Shown: positions 9,354 through 16,128 of the stretch, piece after piece
Layout of the letters: every line of letters starts with the position of its first letter
How positions within the stretch are numbered: the stretch's first letter is position 1
From: Longimicrobiales bacterium
Lineage (GTDB): Bacteria; Gemmatimonadota; Gemmatimonadetes; Longimicrobiales; Gaopeijiaceae
NCBI GenBank assembly: GCA_041690395.1
Contig: JAWLHJ010000003.1
Location: 32,001 to 96,000, forward strand
Length of the DNA stretch: 64,000 bases
Direction of reading: 5' to 3'
The notes under the pieces: generated by a model
The model's input: only the letters and a program-made list of their open reading frames with translations
Database searches by the model: none
What the model was told of the DNA's origin: nothing
Made by a program: the position numbers and the translations under genes

Positions 9354-10342
9354 AGCGCCGGGCGCGCCGCTGGCTCCGGGGCCTCGCGGGACCCATCATT
9401 CTCCTGGGTGTCGCCCTGACGGTCGACGTCCGAGCGGTGTCGGAGCGCCTCGCCGCCCTCGAGGCGCCCTGGGTGCTAGCCGCGCTTGCGGTCGGCGTCG
9501 GGCAGACGCTCCTCTCCGCCTGGCGCTGGAGGTACACCGCCGGCCGCCTCGGACTCACGATCCCATTTGCGCTGGCGCTCCGCGAGTACTACCGCGCGAT
9601 CTTCCTGAATCAGGTGCTGCCCGGCGGCGTCCTGGGCGACGCCGACCGCGCCTGGCGCCATTCGGGACGAGCTCCCGAGGCGCGCGGGCCGGCGGTTCGA
9701 GCGGTGGTCCTGGAGCGGCTCTCGGGCCAGGTGGTGATGGCCGCGGTGGCGTCGATCTCCTTCGGCTTCATCGCGCTGCGCGCCGGAACCGGGGCCCTCG
9801 GTTGGTGGGTCGCGTCGCTGGGCGTGGCCGCCGTTGCCGGCGTCGCCGTGGCGGTATCGGTCCGAGCGCCGCGCAGCTCCTCGCCCGCTTCGGTGACGGC
9901 CGCCCTCAGACGTGACGCCCGGGCCGCGCTCTTCTCCGGTGAGGCCGTGTACGTCCAACTCGCGACCTCGACGGTCATCATCGCATCGTACGTCGCGGCC
10001 TACCTGCTCGCGGCGCGGGCGGTGGGCGTCGAGACGCCCCTCGTCGCGGTGGCGCCTCTGGTCGCACCGGTCCTGCTGGCGATGCTGCTTCCCGTCTCGG
10101 TCGGGGGGTGGGGCGTGCGTGAGTCCGCCGCGGCCGCGATCTGGAGCGTCGCGGGCCTGGGCGCCTCGGACGGCGTGGCGATCTCCGTCGCGTACGGCCT
10201 GATTGTGCTCGTCGGCACGGTGCCGGGAGGCTACGCGCTCCTGTTCGGTGGAACACCCGTCGCGGCCGAAGCGGTCGAGGGGCTGCCGGAGCCCGCCCGT
10301 AGGTCCAGGTCGAAGAGGATGTCGGCGCCCAGCGCGAAGTGA
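9350..10342 (+). CDS. Lysylphosphatidylglycerol-synthase TM / UPF0104 flippase-like protein
   Basis: SAWRWR, FLNQVLPGGVLGD, VVLERL, PVSVGGWGVRE motifs; multi-TM; GTGA overlap. Confidence 0.88.
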   Translation: MKRRARRWLRGLAGPIILLGVALTVDVRAVSERLAALEAPWVLAALAVGVGQTLLSAWRWRYTAGRLGLTIPFALALREYYRAIFLNQVLPGGVLGDADRAWRHSGRAPEARGPAVRAVVLERLSGQVVMAAVASISFGFIALRAGTGALGWWVASLGVAAVAGVAVAVSVRAPRSSSPASVTAALRRDARAALFSGEAVYVQLATSTVIIASYVAAYLLAARAVGVETPLVAVAPLVAPVLLAMLLPVSVGGWGVRESAAAAIWSVAGLGASDGVAISVAYGLIVLVGTVPGGYALLFGGTPVAAEAVEGLPEPARRSRSKRMSAPSAK

Positions 10343-11136
10343 CGGCAAGCGGGCCGGAGCGCGGCGTCGAGCTCGTCGATGACCGGCAGGCTCAGCCCCT
10401 GGCGCCCGGATCCGATGATCATGGGCGCGACCGTGACGTGCAGCCGATCGAGCGCGCCGGCCTCCAGGAAGCGGGATACGGTGATGCCACCGCCTTCGAC
10501 AAGGATCCGCCGGTAGCCACGCCCGCGCAGCAGCGCAATGAGGGCTCCAGGAGGTACGGACCCGGCGCGCCCACGCTCTGGCGGCGCGATGACCTCCACG
10601 TGGCCGGGTAGACCCGCCTCCGGCGTACCGTCCCGGATCCAGAGCGTGGGCGCGTCGGCGTCGGTGAAGAGCGGCCCTTCCGGCGGGACGCGCCCGTTCG
10701 GATCGAGCACGATCCTGGTCGGATGCTCTCCTTCGACGAGGCGCACCGTCAGGCGCGGGGCGTCGGAGACGGCAGTCCCCGCGCCGACGATCACGGCGTC
10801 GACGAGGGCGCGCAGGCGGTGGAGTCTCACGATGTCCTCCGGGCCGGTCACGTAGTGGGACCGACCGGACTCCGTGGCCACCCGTCCGTCGAGGCTCTGC
10901 CCGATCTGGCCCACGACGTAGTCCGGGCGCGCCGCCAGCGGCAGATAGAGGTCCAGGATCGCTCGGGCCTCCGGGCCAGGAGGAGGCTGGGTGTGCCACC
11001 CCCCTTCGTCGTCGAGCACGAGGAGGTGGCCGGAGGCGTCGCGCACGCGCGCGGGCGGCGCCGACCCGTCCGACACGGCGCCGGCCACCGCGCGCACCAG
11101 CGACCAGGCCGCGGCCGCGTCGAGTGAGGCGTTCAC
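10231..11136 (-). CDS. RibD C-terminal-type reductase (no deaminase domain)
   Basis: QSLDGRVAT, RLRALVDAVIVGAGT..DAPRLTVR, LVEGGG motifs; no HAE/PCxxC deaminase motif. GTGA overlap with the creatininase stop. Confidence 0.88.
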   Translation of the reverse strand: MNASLDAAAAWSLVRAVAGAVSDGSAPPARVRDASGHLLVLDDEGGWHTQPPPGPEARAILDLYLPLAARPDYVVGQIGQSLDGRVATESGRSHYVTGPEDIVRLHRLRALVDAVIVGAGTAVSDAPRLTVRLVEGEHPTRIVLDPNGRVPPEGPLFTDADAPTLWIRDGTPEAGLPGHVEVIAPPERGRAGSVPPGALIALLRGRGYRRILVEGGGITVSRFLEAGALDRLHVTVAPMIIGSGRQGLSLPVIDELDAALRPACRHFALGADILFDLDLRAGSGSPSTASAATGVPPNRSA

Positions 11137-11954
11137 GACCGGTCCGTCAGGCGATCCAGCGGGAAACGGGCCGCGTCGGCGAGCACGCGCGCGAGGTACG
11201 CGCCGTATCCTTCGACGAGGCGGGCGCCCATCTCCTTCGTGGCCAGGTGCGCGTTGCCGGTCACGCCGTCGGGGTTGAGATCCTGCGCGGTCCAAGCGAA
11301 CGCGGCGGCTCCCTCGGGCAGCAGGACGTCGAGGGTCTCCTCGAGCTTCGCGCCGAGCGACGGGAAGTCCCGAACGGTCTCCTTCCGCACCAGATCGGGA
11401 CGGAGGTGCATCATCATGGCCGTCTCGACCGCACCGCCGTGGAGCCCGTGACGCCATTCGGCTTCCGGCAGCTCGACGCCGTCCGGCCGGGGAAACCGGA
11501 AGACGTGGGCCTTCACCACCAGGAGCCCGTGATCCGTCCGCGCCCGGAGCGCGGCCCCGTCGACGACATGCTTGTTGCCCCCGTGCGCGTTCAGGATCAC
11601 CAGCCGGTGGATCCCCTCGGCCGCGACCGCGGCGGCCAGCGAGCCGAGTACGCGCCCGAGGGTCTCCGCGTCCAGCGACAGGGTGCCCCCGAGCCCCACG
11701 TGCTCCTCGCTCGAGCCGAGGGAGAGGTGCGGCAGGACGACGACGGGCACCTTGGCCGCCGTGGACTCCAGGGCCCGCTCCAGGATGCCTGCCGCGATCA
11801 GGAGGTCGGTCGACACCGGGAGGTGCGGCCCGTGCTGCTCGATCGCGCCGAGGGGCAGGACGGCGACCGGATCGTGTCCGGCGGCGGCCGCGAGCTCCGG
11901 GCGGGTCGCGGTCTCCCAGGAGAGCGGGAAGACGGGGGCGGGCGCTCGGGTCAT
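11133..11954 (-). CDS. Creatininase-family amidohydrolase (candidate formamidopyrimidine deformylase)
   Basis: LPLGAIEQHGPHLPVSTD, SEEH, NAHGGN, HGGAVET. Confidence 0.92.
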   Translation of the reverse strand: MTRAPAPVFPLSWETATRPELAAAAGHDPVAVLPLGAIEQHGPHLPVSTDLLIAAGILERALESTAAKVPVVVLPHLSLGSSEEHVGLGGTLSLDAETLGRVLGSLAAAVAAEGIHRLVILNAHGGNKHVVDGAALRARTDHGLLVVKAHVFRFPRPDGVELPEAEWRHGLHGGAVETAMMMHLRPDLVRKETVRDFPSLGAKLEETLDVLLPEGAAAFAWTAQDLNPDGVTGNAHLATKEMGARLVEGYGAYLARVLADAARFPLDRLTDRS

Positions 11955-12700
11955 GGGACGGACTCCTCGATCAAGCGGGCGTACAGGTCGCCGAACGGGA
12001 GATCGTCCGCGCCTCCTTGGAGCCACGCGCGCGCCTCACCGGCGGTGAGCCATCCGTCGAAGACGAAGTTGCGGTCCTCTCCGGCCACGGCATTGTACTC
12101 GTAACGCCCCAGCGTCTCCAGCCGTGCGACGCACGCCTCGGCCACCTCGAGCCCTCCCCGGACGAACTCCACCGAGAGCGCCGACACGGCCCGGCTGAGG
12201 CCCTCGAGCGCTTCGGCCTCGTAGCCCTCGATGTCCAGCTTGCAGAAATCCGGGAGGCCGAAACGGTCCACGAGCGCGTCCAGCGTCGTCATGGGGACCT
12301 CGATCTCGTCCTCCCAGCGCACGCCCTCGAACCCCGGATTGCGCTCGGGCATCCGGTCGCGCCACAGCCGTGAGACCGTCGATACGGTGGGGGTGCGCCG
12401 ACTCACCGCCAGGCGGGCGGTCCCCTCCTTCGGGCCGACGGCCTCCTCGACGATCTCGACGCCCGAGCGGCGCCCCACCAGCCGGCGGAGCCACGTGGCG
12501 ACCCGCGGCTGCGGCTCGAGCGCGATCACCCGGGCTCCGAGGGCCGAGAACGCCGCGGTTCGGTCGCCCAGGTGGGCGCCGACGTCGAACACGAGGGAGC
12601 CCCGGCCGACGAACGGCCGGTACAGGCGGCGGAGGGCCGGCTGTCTCCCCGGGCGCCAGTAGACGAGGAGGGAGCGCAGGAGCCCGAAGATCTCACCCAC
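11951..12700 (-). CDS. FkbM family methyltransferase
   Basis: FDVGAHLG, ALEPQP, TTLD, KLDIEGYE. Confidence 0.9.
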   Translation of the reverse strand: MGEIFGLLRSLLVYWRPGRQPALRRLYRPFVGRGSLVFDVGAHLGDRTAAFSALGARVIALEPQPRVATWLRRLVGRRSGVEIVEEAVGPKEGTARLAVSRRTPTVSTVSRLWRDRMPERNPGFEGVRWEDEIEVPMTTLDALVDRFGLPDFCKLDIEGYEAEALEGLSRAVSALSVEFVRGGLEVAEACVARLETLGRYEYNAVAGEDRNFVFDGWLTAGEARAWLQGGADDLPFGDLYARLIEESVP

Positions 12701-14393
12701 CGGGACCGGCCTGCGCGAGGTCCTTGGGTCCGCTGAAGGTCGGCACGAACCAGGGCCGGAAGCGGTCCATGCGAGGGGCATCTCCCTCTGGGTCCGGGAA
12801 CGCCCCGGGCACGAAGCCCCACTCGAGGAACGGCGCCACGAGGTCCGGGTCACCGCTGACGACGTGCACGGGGACGGTCCGTGGCGCGCCGTCCCCGGTC
12901 ACCAGCGGCGCGGGCTGGTGATCGCCGAGAATGATCAGCAGCATGTCCTCGCCGACGTAGCGCTCGGCGTAGGACGTCGCCGAGTGCACGGCGTAGTCGA
13001 TGGACAGCGCGAAGTGCTCCCGCACGCGGTCGGCGTTCCGCCAGAGGTCCTCGGGGCGCTCACCGGCATCGCGCCAGGGCTCGAACACGGCGCCGTTTCC
13101 GATGCCTTCCCAGTCTTCGAGCACCGGCAGGATGGGGGTCCACGGCGCGTGGCTGCTGATCAGCCCCAGCTCCGCGAAGAGCGGACGCTCGTCGTCGCGC
13201 CCGCGGATGGTGTGCTCGAGGAACGACCAGGTGAACTGGTCCGGCATGGTCACCCAGTTCAGCGGGGGGCCGGCATACCCGATGGCCTCGAAGTCGTAGA
13301 TCTCGTCGTAGCCGAACCGCTCACCCTCGGGCCAGGCGAGCGTGATGGCCGGCATCAATGCCGCCGTGCGGTATCCCGCGGCGCGGAAGTCGTCGACGAG
13401 CGTCTGGCGGCGGCTCGCGAGCAGGAGGTCGTAGCGCATCTGGTTGTGGAGCCAGAGGCCGCTCAGCACGGAGCCGTGGCCGAGCCAGGACTGCCCGCCC
13501 TGGCTCGGCGCCACCATGCTGCCGCTCGCGAGCGTCAGTCCCGCTTCGGCCATGCGACGCTCCATCTCCTCGAGTCGCGGCCGCAGGACGGATGCGTAGC
13601 GGGGATCGTCCAACACCACGCTCCCGTACGACTCGACGAACGCGAGCACGACGTCCCGGCCGCCGAGTCGGTCGAACAGGCCCGGGAGCTCCGCGTAGCT
13701 GTCGGTCGTCGCCGAGAGCTCGGCCTCGAAGGCCTCTCGCTCCTCATTGAGCGCCGACAGGAAGCGGGATTGCTCCAGCACGAGACGGACCCCCGGGAAC
13801 CCGAGGCCGCCCGCTCCGCCCGCGGCACGCGCTCCGAACATCATCATACCGGTCACCACGACCGCGATCACGGCATTCCGCCGGCTCCATAGAATGGGGC
13901 GGACGCCGCGCGGCGGGGCCAGCAGGTGGCCGAGGACCGCCACGGTGGCGAGGACGGCGCTCACTGCGAGCACCCCGGCGAGAGCCGCCGCCACCCCTCC
14001 CAACGTTCCCGTCAGGAGGTTGAAGACGGCGCTCAGGAGCTGGACGTCGAGATACAGGTTGAGCGGGCGGGACAGGCTCATGCGGGTCGAGGCGTCGCCG
14101 AGACCGATCAGCCCGGTCGCAACGACCAGCGTGGCGGCGAGCAGGGCGGCCGCCAGGCTCCACCAGGCACGGGGAAGCGCGGCGAACACGAGGGCGAGGA
14201 GCCAGGCCTCGACCGCGATCCAATGGAACGGAACCATGCCGGGGGCGCCCCATTGCGGGGCGAGCAGCACGGCATTGACAACCAGAAACGCCAGGACGAG
14301 GCTCAGGAGTCTTCCGGACGCGGTCGACGGCCACGAGGCCAGCGCCTTCGCGACGGAGGCCGGTCTCCCGACGGTCGCCGAATCGGAGCTCAT
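12693..14393 (-). CDS. Membrane-anchored alkaline-phosphatase-superfamily (LtaS/OpgB/sulfatase-like) protein
   Basis: ~5 N-terminal TM helices, then FVESYG, GGQSWLGH, SSHAPW and GDHQP metal-site motifs. Confidence 0.8.
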   Translation of the reverse strand: MSSDSATVGRPASVAKALASWPSTASGRLLSLVLAFLVVNAVLLAPQWGAPGMVPFHWIAVEAWLLALVFAALPRAWWSLAAALLAATLVVATGLIGLGDASTRMSLSRPLNLYLDVQLLSAVFNLLTGTLGGVAAALAGVLAVSAVLATVAVLGHLLAPPRGVRPILWSRRNAVIAVVVTGMMMFGARAAGGAGGLGFPGVRLVLEQSRFLSALNEEREAFEAELSATTDSYAELPGLFDRLGGRDVVLAFVESYGSVVLDDPRYASVLRPRLEEMERRMAEAGLTLASGSMVAPSQGGQSWLGHGSVLSGLWLHNQMRYDLLLASRRQTLVDDFRAAGYRTAALMPAITLAWPEGERFGYDEIYDFEAIGYAGPPLNWVTMPDQFTWSFLEHTIRGRDDERPLFAELGLISSHAPWTPILPVLEDWEGIGNGAVFEPWRDAGERPEDLWRNADRVREHFALSIDYAVHSATSYAERYVGEDMLLIILGDHQPAPLVTGDGAPRTVPVHVVSGDPDLVAPFLEWGFVPGAFPDPEGDAPRMDRFRPWFVPTFSGPKDLAQAGPGG

Positions 14394-14429
14394 GGTCGTT
14401 CGTGCCGGTCCACGGAGTTCGAGGTCATC

Positions 14430-16127
14430 ATGTCGTTTCGTCTGCCCGCCGCACTGATCGCCCTCGTCACGGGAATCCTCGTCGCGCTGTGGATATCGCG
14501 GGCCCCGACGCTACCGCCCGGAGACCGCGGGGCCAACCCCGAGGTCACAGAGGGAACTCCCGGCGCCACCGCACCCGGCTCCTCGGCGCCCCCGGCTCCC
14601 GCGGGACCCGCCACCGGCTCCGCGGAACTGCCGACCTGGGAGGTCGCACCCGGGTCGATCGAAGACGATCTCACCCGGATCGCCCGGGACCTCGCCCGCT
14701 CCGAGTACCGCCCGCCGGACGCCGCCGTTCCCCCGGCGCTCCTGGGTCTGGACTTCGACGGCTACCGCCGGATCCGCTTCCGACCCGAGCAGGCGATCTG
14801 GCGGGGCGTCACGGACTACGAGCTGCAGCTCTTTCACCTGGGCACTTCTCTGTACGACCAGCCGGTGAGCGTGCACCTGGTGGAGGACGACTCCGTCCGG
14901 CGCCTCGAGTACGACCCGGCCCTGTTCGCCTTCGAGGGGGCCGCGACGTCGCTGGCCGACCTGGCCCCCGGCGCCGTGCCCGGCTTCGCCGGCTTCCGCG
15001 TCCACTACCCGCTCAACGATCCCGACACCCACGACGAGGTCGCGGCGTTCCTGGGCGCCTCGTATTTCCGAGTGCTCGGCTCGGGGCAGGAGTACGGGCT
15101 TTCGGCCCGCGGCCTGGCGGTCGACCCCGCGGTCGAGGGTCCGGAGGAGTTTCCCGACTTCCGCGCGTTCTGGATCGAGCGGCCCGACGCGGCGGGGAGT
15201 CCAATCGTGATCCACGCGCTCCTCGACGGTCCGTCCGTTTCGGGGGCGTTCCGCTTCGAGCTCGGTCCCGGGGACCCGACCGAGGTGCTCGTCGACGCGC
15301 GCCTGTTCGCTCGACGCGACGTCCGGAAGCTCGGGGTGGCGCCGCTGAGCAGCATGTTCCTGCACGCTCCCGGGCACGGCCCGTCGCACGACGACTTCCG
15401 TCCCCGCGTCCACGACTCCGACGGCCTCCAGACCAAGACGGGGAAGGGGGAGTGGATCTGGCGTCCGCTCGGCAATGGACCCGGGCTCCACGTCACGTCG
15501 CTCAGGGACGAGGCCCCGGCAGGCTTCGGACTCCTCCAGCGCGCACGGGACTTCGAGGACTACCTCGACCTCGAGGCGCGGTACCATCGCCGCCCGGGAT
15601 ACTGGATCGAGGTGCTAGGCGGCGATTGGGGGGCGGGAGGCGTCGAGCTGCTGGAGATTCCCTCCGCGTCGGAGTTCAACGACAACGTCGCTGCGTACTG
15701 GGTGCCCGACCGGCCGTTCCGCGCAGGTGACGAGCGGCGCTTCCGTTATCGCCTGGTGACGGTGGGGGGCGTACCGCCCGAGATGGACGTGGCACGCGTC
15801 GTGCGTACGGTGGTGTCTTGGGATGCGCTCCCCGGTGAGGCGAATCCGCCGCCACGAAGCCGGCGCCGTTTCGTCGTCGACTTCCGGGGAGGGCGGCTTT
15901 CCGATCCCGAGGTGGTAGACGACCTTCGGGTGGATCTTTCGGTGTCACGCGGAGCCGTGGAGGAGGTCATGATCGTGCCTCTCCCGGGTAACAGTGGCCG
16001 GAGGGTGACGTTCGCCCTCGATCCCCAGGGAGATGCACCGGCCGACATGCGCCTCAACCTCGTCGCGGGCGATGAGCCCGTGAGCGAGACGTGGAGCTAC
16101 GTGTGGTACCCAGGAAGAATCGACTGA
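14430..16127 (+). CDS. opgG: Periplasmic glucan biosynthesis protein OpgG/OpgD (MdoG family)
   Basis: YRRIRFRP, FLGASYFR, YGLSARGLA, EEFPDF, RPRVHDSDGL, EWIWRPL, EFNDN. N-terminal hydrophobic anchor and Pro/Ala linker. Confidence 0.92.
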   Translation: MSFRLPAALIALVTGILVALWISRAPTLPPGDRGANPEVTEGTPGATAPGSSAPPAPAGPATGSAELPTWEVAPGSIEDDLTRIARDLARSEYRPPDAAVPPALLGLDFDGYRRIRFRPEQAIWRGVTDYELQLFHLGTSLYDQPVSVHLVEDDSVRRLEYDPALFAFEGAATSLADLAPGAVPGFAGFRVHYPLNDPDTHDEVAAFLGASYFRVLGSGQEYGLSARGLAVDPAVEGPEEFPDFRAFWIERPDAAGSPIVIHALLDGPSVSGAFRFELGPGDPTEVLVDARLFARRDVRKLGVAPLSSMFLHAPGHGPSHDDFRPRVHDSDGLQTKTGKGEWIWRPLGNGPGLHVTSLRDEAPAGFGLLQRARDFEDYLDLEARYHRRPGYWIEVLGGDWGAGGVELLEIPSASEFNDNVAAYWVPDRPFRAGDERRFRYRLVTVGGVPPEMDVARVVRTVVSWDALPGEANPPPRSRRRFVVDFRGGRLSDPEVVDDLRVDLSVSRGAVEEVMIVPLPGNSGRRVTFALDPQGDAPADMRLNLVAGDEPVSETWSYVWYPGRID

Positions 16128-16128
16128 C

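Noticed and set aside
13926..14429. N-terminal extensions in the ORF track (opgG from 13926; also 3404, 6422, 45808, 53350 and the 60862 start of the ABC ATPase)
   Set aside because: They overlap real genes or non-coding leaders and lack family similarity; downstream starts fit RBS, signal peptides and overlaps better.
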